This document shows positions 32,159-50,049 of a DNA stretch of 64,000 nt, piece by piece (positions within the stretch are counted from its first letter, which is position 1; the number at the start of each line of letters is the position of its first letter). The notes under the pieces were generated by a model, which made no database searches, was not told where the DNA came from, and worked only from the letters and a program-made list of their open reading frames with translations. The translations under genes and the position numbers were made by a program. Origin of the DNA: the human T2T-CHM13v2.0 reference genome, Homo sapiens; assembly GCF_009914755.1 (NCBI RefSeq), contig NC_060929.1; one strand, 5' to 3'.

Positions 32159-34074
32159 CTAAAGAAAAAAATACAGTTCCTCAAATGAATAGCTATGATT
32201 GTATTGCAAAGTACAGAATTAGAAGGTTAGCATGATGAAATAACAAAATTTTACAATCATCTGTAAAATTTCAGCATTTCCTCCAAAACAAAAATATAAC
32301 TATGGATAATTAATAGAATTACACATACATGATGAGAAAATTTATATGTGGAAAACCTAGAAAATTGATAGATAATTCCTCAACATGGTGGTTATGCATT
32401 TATTGCATTCCAAGGGCTATGGAAAGAAGGTAAAAGCCTTCTTGGAAAAGTTCCCTTCCCCAGTGTTACTGTAAATCTCCACACTATAAATCTACCACCT
32501 ATTTGATATTTTATTGTGTTCTGAATTCCTATGTACAGTAAAGAAAGAGTTTGAGACTATGAGCACAGATGAGAATGGTCTCTAAGTATCAAATTAATAG
32601 TATGGTTCCATGATTACACTCAGCAATTAAGCACTTTAGAAACACAGTTAAGCAACTTTAAATAGGTGTCTATATGGCTAGACCTCTCATAATCTTATTT
32701 ATTGACAGAGGGGAGTATGGAGGTTAATTGTGTTAATACATTTAACCACAAAATGAAAACCAAATTATAGTTCTCAAATATTAAATGCCAAAAAATTTTT
32801 CATAAAACCAAGCAAAACACAAACACACACACACACCACACACACACGGAGTCACAAAGGAGCAAGATGGGAGCTTTAGAAGTCAGAGCCACATAGACTG
32901 ACAAAAGGAGGAAAAAGTACCTAAAAACATGCAATAATTTAAAATAATTAATAATAATAAAAATAGCAATATTTTAAAAAATTGTCTTCAGATTGAAAAT
33001 AATCAAATCTTGAGAAGAATTAATGAAAAAAGACATATACTTCAGCATAACTGAGTAAATTTCCTGTAATCAAAGATAAATGAAAAAACTTACCAACATA
33101 AAGATGAAAAGAATAAGTCAGAATCGCACTAACATAAAACTTCTCAAATACAACACAATTAAGTAGAAAAGAGCAAACAATATCCACAGACTACTGGGAT
33201 TAAAGAGGAATGATCCAAAAGTATTCACCTAGTAAAATATATTATTCAGACATTCAAGGATATCTAGGTGGTATCCTATCTAAGGAAAACCAACAAGAAA
33301 ATGTTGAATTCATAGAGATTGAAATCAGAATAGAGAGATCTCTAAGCAGGAGGACACAAGGACAAAAAAAAGTAATGGTCAGTAATGACTCTATATGGTA
33401 ATGTAAATTAAAATTTATAAGATAAACTAAACAGGAATAATGAAATAGAACAGAACTACTGTAAGAGAAAATAACAGTAGTTGCAATTAAAGCATGAACA
33501 ATATCAGCAAAACACAAGAATGTGCATGTATGGTGTGGAGAGTTGAAAGATGGGCTGAGTGGAGAAGTAAAAACATTTTAAGGCTTTTATTTGACAAGAA
33601 ACCAAAAACAATGAAAAGCAAACAATTTCACATCTTGAAAAGGTAAAATTATAAAGTCCTTTATGAATAAAACTTTTATAACACTAAATAGAAAGAATAC
33701 TTTTCTGCTGAGTACAACTTAATGGACCATAACACTTTTGTTCTTTAGCCTCGAATTCAAAAGAAGTTACCACTAACCACCTCTTTCACAAAAGAAAAAT
33801 ATTGTTTCAGAATTCTCAAATATATTTACAATTCAGTGATAATTGACTAATCAATTTCATAAGGAAAATGTCATGGAATAATGGGCTATTAGTGTTAACA
33901 AGGAACCACTGAATATGATATTGCTAATAAGACAACTCATGCTCTTTCAACCATTCTACCCTGCAATAGTTTTCATTTACTCAAAAGACAATAAAACTGA
34001 ATCCAAAGAGTTGTTTATAAGAGCTCAAATTGTAGTAAACAAGCAAACAAAATGCTACTATGAAAAGATGGCAT

Positions 34075-34270
34075 GTGTGTTTGCATGTGTGGGTATGTGT
34101 TGGTGTGTGTGGGTTTATGTGGGTGTTTATATGTATGTATACATGTGTGGTTGTATTTGTATATATATATGTGTGTATATATAATATATAAACACATTTA
34201 CACATATGTACATGTGAGGTGTGTGTGTGTATATGTGTGTGTGTATGAGACTGAGAGAGAGAGACAGAGA
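34075..34270. repeat. Compound (TG)/(TA)/(GA) simple repeat just downstream of the probable exon 6 donor
   Basis: Visible dinucleotide runs. Confidence 0.85.
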
Positions 34271-34285
34271 AGAATTTTATTTTAC

Positions 34286-34392
34286 CTTTAGAGCAGCTGG
34301 AAAATCTTTAATACTTTTTCCAAATTTCACATCTGCATTACTATTACTCTGATGAGCCTGGGAAGTTTTTCCAGCTTGAATTTCTGCTGTAC
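34286..34392 (-). CDS. SLCO4C1: SLCO4C1 coding exon (probable exon 6), (G)TAEIQAGKTSQAHQ...KDFPAALK
   Basis: 107 nt. Acceptor ttttttttag, donor AAG|gtaaaa. Phase 1 in, phase 0 out, matching neighbours. Confidence 0.94.
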
Positions 34393-34401
34393 CTAAAAAA
34401 A

Positions 34402-34465
34402 ATATATATATATATAATATATATATTATACATATAATATATGTATAATATATATAATATATAAT
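34402..34465. repeat. (TA)n-rich repeat abutting the probable exon 6 acceptor
   Basis: atatatatatatataatatatatattatacatataatat... Confidence 0.9.
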
Positions 34466-35194
34466 AAGTAAACGTGCTCTATCATTTTATTCTTCATGTA
34501 AAAAAAGTGCTTACTTTTTAACCGACACATACTTCCACTAGTATATAAATTCTATAAGAGGCTAGTTCTTCTGTTAATAAAATTGTTCAAATATGTAAAT
34601 ATCTATGTCTGTAATCAGGATGCCCCAAGAACTAGTATTCATTATTACTAGCTAAGGAAGTTCCAACCAGTCTAAACATTAAAATGAGACAATTTTGCTC
34701 CAATCACACATCTATGCTTTTCATTTAAAATCTCTTAACATTTTTTTCTTCCTTTCAAATGGTTCTCTTTTTGATCTTTTACATTAAAGTACTTTTGTGG
34801 CTTTTTTCCTCTGCTCTCTTAATCCTAACATGCTTGACAAATGAAATATTTGCCATCTTATTACCATGTCCCTTTGATTTTTAATAATGGTACTGCCAAC
34901 AAATTTGAGAAAACAGTTAACATATGGAACTATAAATGAATGGCTCAGGGTAGAAAGAAATTAACGCGTCTACCTACTCAGTCTGTCAGATTTTCTCTTG
35001 CCCATTTCCAAAAGTTAATAATCTATCCTGCTGCAAATAACAATGTAAACAACTAAATACCTTCAACCTAAAGAAAAATACTTCTACAGATATGAATTTT
35101 AACTACATGATTTTACAGAAGCAAGAGCTCATAGAGAAAAATGAATATTCTTTCTTATTAACCTTTTCTTTTTATATAGAATGTTTAGTATTCA

Positions 35195-35502
35195 AGCCGG
35201 ATGTGGTGGCTCATGCCTGTAATCACAGCACTTTGAGAGGCTGAGGCAGACAGATCACCTGAGGTCAGGAGTTCGAGACCAGCCTGGCCAACATGGCAAA
35301 ACCCCATCTCTAATAAAAATACAAAAGTAGCCGAGAGTGGTGGCACATGCCTGTAGTCCCAGCTACTCAGGAGGCTAAGTCAGGAGAATTGCTTGAACTC
35401 GGGAGGCAGAGGTTGCAGTGAGCGGAGATCGTGCCACTGCACTCCAGTCTGGGCAACAGAGGGAGACTCTGTCTCAAAAAACATAAAAGAAAGAAAGAAA
35501 AT
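35195..35502 (+). mobile_element. Alu (AluS-like)
   Basis: Full dimer; TSD aatgttta(g/a)tattca. Confidence 0.95.
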
Positions 35503-35975
35503 AATGTTTAATATTCACATACAGTAAAAAAAAAAAAAGTACGCTACGGAATGACTTCAGTGATAACTTAAAAAAAAAAGTACTTGCACTTTTAACTACA
35601 AATAATTAACATGAATGATTTAAGACAGATTGAAATTAATGACTAACTGAATACAAACTAACAGTTTAAAAGACGTTGTACCTTGCATACACATAAAGCA
35701 GAATTGCAGATAAAACATAAGAAACAAATTTATTAAGTACTAAAGAGGTAAATATTCATAGTTTTATTATTAATTGGAAATTAAAAAAACATGAATATTA
35801 AGATTGTTACCCAATATTTTCTAGAATGAAGAATATTCAAAAGTTTACATAGGCAGACAGTTGAGATTCTATAAAAGAAACAGGGTGAATCTATAGTTCT
35901 TATTAATCATATAGAAAATAGCAACTGGCCTACAATTAAAATAAACCTCTCTGGTTTTAAAGAAAGCATGTTTAC

Positions 35976-36097
35976 CTGGTAAATGTTTTGGAAAGCAAGA
36001 AAAAGGTATTATTAAAGACCAAGCAAAGATCCATGATAGAAGAAACCCAATCCACCAAGCTCCCAACCATCGCGGATCATCCTCAGTGACATCAGTG
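35976..36097 (-). CDS. SLCO4C1: SLCO4C1 coding exon (probable exon 5), (S)TDVTEDDPRWLGAWWIGF...CFPKHLP(G)
   Basis: 122 nt. Contains the OATP family signature D-x-RW(I/V/L)GAWW-x-GF. Acceptor catatag, donor G|gtaaac. Confidence 0.97.
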
Positions 36098-36529
36098 CTA
36101 TATGATAGAAAAACAAGAGGTAAAAGTCAACTCTACCTTATTAATTAAAACTCAGTTAGGATAATCATATACTTTATACTTCAAGTGCATATAGTAGAAT
36201 ATGATTATAATATCCAACAGTTTAATGGTGCCATTGCAAAGAATCAGAAAACAGGTAGCAGACATAATTGAGAGTTATAAGAATAATGGTTTACAAAATG
36301 TTTAAAAATGGCAAATATGACACAAAAGTTTAAAATATCTAATAGTAAATATGACAAATATTTGAAAAGATATGTAGAATTTCTCAACATTCTTTTAACT
36401 TTGGCTGAATTTTCTTCTCTACTGTATTAAATTAAATATATATCACAGCAAATCACTGATCTGTGTTAAAAGTCCAGAGTGTGCTTCAATTAGAGCATTT
36501 CTTTAATGTAAAATTAGTCTTAAAGCAAC

Positions 36530-36765
36530 TATTTATTTGTCTATTTATTTCTTTGAAACAGGGTCTCAGTCTGTCACCCAGGCTGGGGTGCAATTGCATG
36601 ATCATAGTTCACTGCAGCCTTGAACCCCTGGGTTCAAGTGATTCTCCCATTTTAGCCTCCCAAGTAGCTGGGACTTCAGGCACAAGCCACTCCTGGCCTC
36701 AAGTGATCCTTACACTTTGATATCCCAAAGTGCTAGGATTACAGGTATGAGCCACTGTGCCGAGC
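36530..36765 (-). mobile_element. Alu (AluJ-like, internally deleted)
   Basis: acagggtctcagtctgtcacccaggctgg...aaagtgctaggattacaggtatgagccactgtgcc; the linker region is missing. Confidence 0.88.
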
Positions 36766-37089
36766 CAGGAGTCTCATATTTTAATACACTTTGGCCCTTT
36801 CCGAAAATACACTAATCCTACAACTCCTGTAATTTTCCACTGAAATTAAAATGTCCTTTCTTAAATCTCTGGGTCACTAATTCAAGAGTTCTTCTGCATG
36901 CCTTTTTATAGGCTGTGAAAGATTAACCTAGGACTAACAGTTTAGAGAACAAATCACATACCTATGACCACATTTTTATATTCACTGCTCATGGTCATGT
37001 AGAGGATTGTGCAGTTATTATTCCCAGTGGCAAAATGAAAAAAAATATGACCTCAGTAAAGGCACAAATTTCTCTAATCAGGAAATGGA

Positions 37090-37290
37090 GAAGGTAAGTA
37101 ACTCAGTGTTGAATTTTGGAGTCAAAGAGATCTACTTTAATTCATGTCTTAGCCACTTACCAACCTGTGCGTATCAACTACTTTGCAGAATACTTGAGAG
37201 GATTAAATAAGATAGCACATAAAATAAGTTAACACTCAAAACATATGGTGTCTGGTATATAGCATAGGACAAATAAATATTATCTATTAC
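37090..37290 (+). mobile_element. MIR
   Basis: ttggagtcaaaga...gccacttaccaacctgtg...gaggattaaataagata. Confidence 0.65.
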
Positions 37291-37747
37291 TATCTTTCAT
37301 TGTCATCATTGTTAAAATGGCATAATTGTGATCTCTGACATTATCAGAGTTACTATGGAACATTTTCTGAGAATCACAGACTCTTGAGACTCTTCAGACT
37401 ATCTAGTCCCAACTAAATCTATGGAAAATACTGCTAATTTTTATTGAATTCTTATTTTTGAACAATGCATGGGGTCCTACATACTTATTTTTAAAAATTT
37501 CACCAGATGACTTTATTAAATATTATTTATGAAAATATGTTATTATAATAAAAGATGGTATAGCACTGACCCAAAAGGTAATGCAGCCAAATAAGATATT
37601 ATATAAGAATTCTTTGTATTCAATTTTGTTTCCTGAATAATTCCTCATGCTATACTGAGGGAAGTACTGTGAAAATGTTCTGTCTATGATGCTGGCATAA
37701 TTAAAATAAAATGACTTTAAATAAAAGAAAAATAGATACTGCCTTGC

Positions 37748-37844
37748 CTTTCTCCCATAGCAACATCAATGTATATGGTTAGCAGTTGTCCTCCCAATAC
37801 ATAGCCAATAGCAGGGCCTAAGATTGACATAGCATAACCGGTTC
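37748..37844 (-). CDS. SLCO4C1: SLCO4C1 coding exon (probable exon 4), (G)TGYAMSILGPAIGYVLGGQLLTIYIDVAMGE(S)
   Basis: 97 nt. Acceptor ttcttctag. The donor is non-canonical AG|gcaagg, needed to keep frame with the next exon. Lies inside ORF 37717..37968. Confidence 0.93.
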
Positions 37845-38539
37845 CTAGAAGAAGAACAGAGACATTGAATACAGTCATATGTACAACTTCACTTTGCATA
37901 TCTAACAGTGAAAACAAATATTTTACTACAGAAAAATCTAAACAATTAAACATATCAAAATCACACATATTTTCACTAAAACAATACCATTTGAATTGAT
38001 AGTCAAGTCAAAAATCCTAAAACACATAACTCAATATAAAAGCTATTTGTAGTAATACTTAGAACAAAACCAAAAATTATAAATCCATGGAAAGTGTTGT
38101 TAACTGGCAGTAGAGGTAGTATATCTACCATTTATCCTTTACTGATAGTGATCATAGTTACACTTTACAATATCATGAAGAAAACAATGCAAGCAATGTG
38201 AAACAAGAAGTCTTTTCTACTCTGCACAACTCAGACAGAATTTTGTATTTTGCACTACAGCAGCTGACTTCAAATCTGGATGTGCTGATCAGTCTATTTC
38301 TTAAAAGTAAGCCATTAGATTTCTTGCTCTTAGGGTAGGGACTCTCCCTATTTTTACTTGCAGTAGAATTAAATTGAGCTTATTTCTATCTGTGAGATAT
38401 TTAAAATGTTGCCATATATAACTCTGAATTTTCATAAAACAAAAGTTATTTGACCACTCATGTCTTTTTATTGTTGTTGTTGTTGCTGTTTATTTAAGCT
38501 CCCAAGTATTTTGGGGAGTCAGTTGAATATAGTTTCACT

Positions 38540-44070
<5,531 letters not shown>

Positions 44071-44690
44071 CTACACTGAACATACTGTCTTCCAAATGCT
44101 GTGGTAATGAATCTCCTATGTTAGATTAACAGACTGATAAAGAGAAAACTCATATGCAAATAAAGTATTCAATAATTAGATGTAGGGCTGTGCATTGTCT
44201 AGTTAGCTTTACCTTGCAGGAACATAAGAGAAGGAATTTAAGAGAAACTTATGCTACCAGGAATTAGATCACAAAGGAGAAACAATGGTTTCTTTTGTGG
44301 ACTGCAAGTCAATATAGGATGTCATAAATCACACAGAATGGCAGAGCTCAATCTCTACACCTTGCAGAGATTTGCCTCTATGTCACTTGTGAAAGTTACC
44401 CTAAGATTCAAGCAATCTAAAGAGAATGCTGCTAAAATGGCTATTCCTGTCCTGCAAAGCTGGCATGCCTAGAGCAAGAAATACAGCAGAGGATCAACAA
44501 AAATCATTATAATTTATATTTACTGACATTATATGGCAGGAAATAAAACAAAAGTAATACTGCATTTATTTATTGGGAAAACCTATGGCATTACAACTAA
44601 CTTTTTAGTAAGCCTATGTTATACTTTACTTCTAAAGTGAACAAATAATAAGATAAAGTGATACTGAGACAGTTTAGAGAGTAAACTTAC

Positions 44691-44873
44691 CTATATAGAG
44701 AGAAGACTTGTGTGTGGGCACAGAATCATCAAGAAAGGCTGTTCCCAGAGTATAAAGAGGAGTTCCTCCTGCCCCCAGCAATAGTTGTCCCAAGATGAAG
44801 ACATACAAGTAGTTAGAAAGTGAAGAAGTTGAAGATGTACAACTGGTGCTATTCCTTGTTGTTACACAAGTGT
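44691..44873 (-). CDS. SLCO4C1: SLCO4C1 coding exon (probable exon 3), (D)TCVTTRNSTSC...DDSVPTHKSSLYI(G)
   Basis: 183 nt. Acceptor ttttttccacaaag, donor G|gtaagt. Encodes OATP-type LGQLLLGAGGTPLYTLGTAFLDD. Phase 1 at both ends. Not in the ORF track. Confidence 0.96.
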
Positions 44874-45019
44874 CTTTGTGGAAAAAAAAAATTGTGAATT
44901 TATAGAAATTCAGCTAATAATTTAAATTTCTATCATATAAATTACACTTGCCTAATATAATATAACCTTATTTATTTCTTCCAATCATTTTACTTTGATT
45001 TAAACTATTTAAAAATACA

Positions 45020-45800
45020 TCAAAAGAAAAATACACTTTCTTACCCCAGCCTGCCCTCACTTTATGAAGGCCTATTCACTCCTATTCACCTCTGTCACTT
45101 AGATGGGGGTAACCACTGTCAACAGTTCTTTTCAGTTTTTCAGACATTTACTCACACATTTACGTGTTGTATACCCCATTTAATTTTTTTACACAATTAT
45201 AGTCATAATAAAACATACTATCTTTATATTCAACAATGTCCAGTTTTCACTTATTATGTCCCGGACGTCTCTGATATTAGCACTTAAAGCTATATTTAAA
45301 TTTATTTATTGTCACTGTCATAATATTCTATAGCATAAATGTCCTGTAATTTTATTGCCTAGTCCAGCACATGTATTTAATAATAAATATTATTAATATT
45401 ATATTGTATTATACATAGGTTTAGATCATTTTCTTATTTCCATCAGAATGTTATGATGTACATATTTTTTTAAGTTTACCCTGGCACATTTTGGGCAAGC
45501 CTATCTATAGGACAGGTTACAAAGAGTGAAACTGCTAGGTCAAAGTGAATAAATATTTATATTTTGATACTGCCAAACCACTTTATCAAAAAGTCATACA
45601 AATATGCAATCCCACCAACAATTCATTAACACTTTACATAATAAAACTTAAATGACTACCAATCTCATTGGTTAAAAATATATATATATAATTTTTTTAA
45701 TTTCATTTTTAAAATCAGTGACATTAAGCATTTTTCCATACATTTATTGTCACTTGCATTTTTTTCTGTGAACTAATTTTTCAATTAGTTCAATTTTCCT
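45020..45800 (-). mobile_element. Ancient L1 (L1ME-like) 3' fragments
   Basis: gaggtaaccact-like segment, gtgaaactgctaggtcaaag, tcccaccaacaa. Confidence 0.6.
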
Positions 45801-46741
45801 AGGTTCTGAGTTTGGTACATGACTGTTCCTTATTCCATAATTACACAAACAATGGTTTTATCTTAGCATTTTTACTACTTTATTTAGATATAAGATAGGT
45901 GGATAAACATATACACACAGAATGGATCACATGGCTATGTCTATGTAATATGTGTGTATATGTTGCAAAAAAGGCCTCAGAAGAAAAGTAGGTCAGAGGT
46001 CATCTTTTGCAACTCGGGTAAATACATTAAGCCAATTAGCTCAGCCCAGGTGATCGCAATAAGCCAATTAGATCAGCTCTGGTGAATATAATCAGACAAT
46101 TAGCTAACTTGAGAAAGCAGAGGCATCCAGGCAGGCCCCAAGTAGAAAATGTGAATAATACAGGCATACATTGAGAAAGGAAGCAGGGCTGTGAAGTGCT
46201 AAGTTAATTCATATGTAATATCTTTTAGTGGGAGAAGACAGAGATCCAGCATTCTATTGCATTAACCAAAAAGCACATCTTTTACTAACTTGACTATCTG
46301 GGGTTTATTTATGGCGGCTTGATCTTGTGTCACTAATCTGTGCAATCCCACTCCAGCACAAATCTCTTGTTATTACTTCAGCTTTCTAAGGTTTAAAGGC
46401 ATCAATATGTCAACCCAGCTATAACCCATTTTACAGTGCTTCATGAAAAGCTCTATTTAATTGATCCATTTTCATAATACAGGTGGTCCTGTATTATGAA
46501 ATCTAATACAAACATCCCACAAAAAGCTGACAAGGAATAATTCACCTCATTCAAAGTTGAATAATAATCAAAAAAGAAAAACAAATGGCTAGTAAGGGAG
46601 AACAGTCTCCAGAAAAATACTGTCATTAATGTAGATTTTAAAATTACTATATTGCCATACTTAAAAAAGGAATGGAAACAATTGCCTCTTAAAATCCAGA
46701 GCTCAAAACAGGGATTTAATAAGCTCATAGAAATGTGTTGA

Positions 46742-47040
46742 GGCAGGGCGTGATGGCTTACACCTATAATTCCAGTACTTTGGAAGGACAAGGTGGGTGG
46801 ATCACTTGAGGTCAGGAGTTTGAGACTAGCATTGCCAACATGGTAAAACCCCGTCTCTACTGAAAATACAAAAATTAGCCAAGTGTGGTGGCACACCCCT
46901 GTAGTCCCAGCTACTCGGGAGGCTGAGGGCAGAAGAATTGCTGGAACCCGGGAGGAGGAGGTTGCAGTGAGCCACTGCACTCCAGCCTGGGCAGAAAAGC
47001 AAGACTTCATCTCAAAAAAAGAAAGAAAGAAAGAAAGAAA
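46742..47040 (+). mobile_element. Alu (AluS-like)
   Basis: Dimer with (GAAA)n tail. Confidence 0.95.
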
Positions 47041-47982
47041 TGCAGTGAAATAGAGAAAGAAAAGAAAAAAACACAAACATGGGCTAAAATAACTCAGTAT
47101 CATGTTTTGTTCTATAAAACATAAAAGAACAAAACTATCAGAAATGGAGGTCACCCTGGAATGGTCAAAAAAGAATAGAGACTGTGAGAATTATGACAGA
47201 GAGAATAGACTTGAGAAATATGAACAAAATTAAATAAAGGAAAAATAAGACACCAAGATTTAAAAGGTTACAGAGAAAATTACAGATATAGAATTCAGAC
47301 AAAGGCAATCAAACATAGGTATAATCAACCAAAATAGAAAAATAAATATGTTTAAAGGTAAAATTAAGGAAAATTTTCTATAATTAAAATTGATCTATGA
47401 TTTAAAAAGATATGGAGAATCCCAGGAAAATCTGATGCAGGACTTTCAACACCAAAATATTCCCTTGTAAAGTCTGTGAATTTTAAAGATGAAAAGACTT
47501 TTTTGAACAGCTAGACAAGAAGATAAAGTCACTTATGCAGAAGGAAATAAAAAACATAAGCTTACATTCAGACTTCCCTAAAGCAACATTAATCCCATAG
47601 AGGCAGTAAAGGGATGCCAAAAAAGTAACCAGTGCAAGATAATGTGACCCTTATATTTTATGCTTAGCCAAATTGTCATTCAAATATAAAGACAAAGAAA
47701 AATATTTAAACCTATATTATTTAAACCTATTAAATCTCATAAAATGAACTTGCCCTGAAAAACACTACTAAAGGGTACATTTTAGCCTATAGAGAAATAC
47801 TTCATTCAGAGATGCCATGTGTACCTTAAGATAATCAGAAGCAAATTGTACTTTTATAATACAGTTTATAAAATAGCTAGATTTACCTATTCAATGAATT
47901 TTGTGAGATTATTAGTTGAGGAAACCATTTGAACCTAGAATTTCAACTTCTAATGAAAAATCAAACAATTTCTGACCAAATA

Positions 47983-48283
47983 CAGTTAGCCCTCCATATC
48001 CACAGGTTCCATATCTGTGGATCCAACCAACCACAGATCAAAAATATTCAGGGAAGAAAAATAACAATACACCAATAAAAGAAATATAAATAAAAATATA
48101 CTATAATTATTTACATAGCATTTACACGACATTAGCTATTATTTGTAATCTAGAGATGATTTAAAGTTTATAGGAGGATGTAGGTAGATTGTATACAAAT
48201 AACACACCATTTTATAGAAGGGACTTGAGCATGCAGATTTTGTTATCCATGGGGGTCCTGGAACCAATCCCCCATGGATACTG
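47983..48283. mobile_element. MER2 (TcMar-Tigger) DNA transposon
   Basis: cagttagccctccatatccacaggttcc...ggggtcctggaaccaatcccccatggatac. Confidence 0.82.
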
Positions 48284-50049
48284 TAATTTCAACATTAATT
48301 AAAAGGCATGTGATTTGACGATACACCACAAGTGGAAGCTCCTACGTTGTTTATAAATTTAGAGGAACACTGCCAATAAAATTAAGGATTAGAACTGTAC
48401 CTAATGAACAAAGAAGTGGCCAGTCTTACCCACTAATATTGGCAGGTCTGTGACAAAAAGACAAAAGGAAATCCACATACCATATGTCAAAACATTCAGA
48501 AGATAAATACCAAGCTCAGCCAAATGCTTAACCCCAATCAAAGACCCACAGCCTGCTGCTCTCCAAGCATTTGCCCTAAAGACCTAGAGGCTAAAGGTAC
48601 CTCTTTTCCCCTGGGCCTATCCTGCTGCCAGGGGTAGGGCAGAATGGACTCTGCTGTGATGTGATTCCACTTCCCCAGCCACACATTTGATAAGATTCCC
48701 AGGAGATGTGTATCTATGCATCCTGGAGAGGGGAGTAAAGAAGCCTAGTTTTGAGGGAACCCAGTCTCCCCAGTTACCTGCATCAGGTGCTTTGACGTGG
48801 CTAACTTTAAACAAACACCATCTCTCTTTCTCCTTTCCCAGGGGGTAGCTGTACTTTTCTTTCCTCAGCCTCACTCCTCATCTCCTAACCTCCTAACCAC
48901 TGCCCTGAGGAAGGAGAAAGAGCTGCTGCTTTTGTTTATAGTTGACCACCCCGAGTCTAAACAGCATCTTCTGGCCTGGGGAATTTAGCTCAATCCTACA
49001 TTCCTCTCCTGTCATCTCTGGTACCACATCTCTGGTTACCACGGCATTTACAGAAAGATGTCATAAGAAAAAAAAGGCAGCATAATTTTATTAAAATTAA
49101 GATTAGGGCACTGACCACAAAAATATTTTCATGGAGCAAATGAGAAATGTGAACACATAGTTCATCACGAGATGAGGCAATGATTTATATAAATAAATGA
49201 AGTAAAAGAAAAGAAATGATGAAGGAAAGAAAGAGGAGATCAAATCCTGACAGAAAAAAGTAAAAGGAAAAAACTAAAACCCCATAGAAAAGAAGATACA
49301 ACGGAAAGGGGCACATGGGTAAACTGACTGAGAAAACATAGTTATGGGCATATAGAGTACAAATGAGGAAAGTGAGCAAAATTCATGATAAAAAAGAAGA
49401 AATGTTAACATAAGGAGGCCAAATAAGATCATATATACGCATAGTTGAAATAGTTGATGTACCTAAGAAAGAAAACTAAAATCATAGAACAAAATACTTA
49501 AATATATAATTTAAAGAAATATCACTATACTGTAAAAGTATGTATGTAAATCTCTATAGGTCACCCTGCATAATTGGAGGCCAGGAAACTATGACATGAA
49601 TGGTCATCACCAGGACATAGTTTAGAGTAGACTTTGAAGAGAGACTCCAAGTCACAAATACACTTGGACTACTGAGAATCTTCTTTGTAGAGAACACCAG
49701 CAGTATACTGTATATCACGTGTCACAAGCACTTCTAAATAATTTCAGAATGCACAGGCAAACAAAGGCTTTGTGTGCTTCGTAAATCTTCTTGGTTCTCG
49801 AATAACAAGTGGAATAATCACTTATTTATATGTAACATGATAAAGAATATTATCTTTAAAAATCATCTATCATATATTCAAGTTAGTTTTTTCTTCATTA
49901 ATGTCTAACATCTCCCAGAACTAGTGCTCTATAAATCACTTTTGAAAAAGACTGGTTAGAATCATAACAAAAGTGTCAAAAGAAACAAAACAGTCCTAGG
50001 TCATTAAAAATATTTAAATTTAGCCCTTATACAAACAGACTTAAATCCT

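Noticed and set aside
46028-46109. Repeat-spacer pattern as CRISPR-like
   Set aside because: The context is eukaryotic; the units are contiguous tandem copies without unique spacers, and there are no cas genes.
46453-47154. Longest ORF in the track (233 aa, minus strand)
   Set aside because: It reads through an antisense Alu and AT-rich flanks, giving a typical Alu-derived peptide; no coding signature.
48420-48960. Possible hAT-Tip100-like transposon remnant
   Set aside because: Only a short resemblance (ccacataccatatgtc); boundaries and family cannot be supported by eye.
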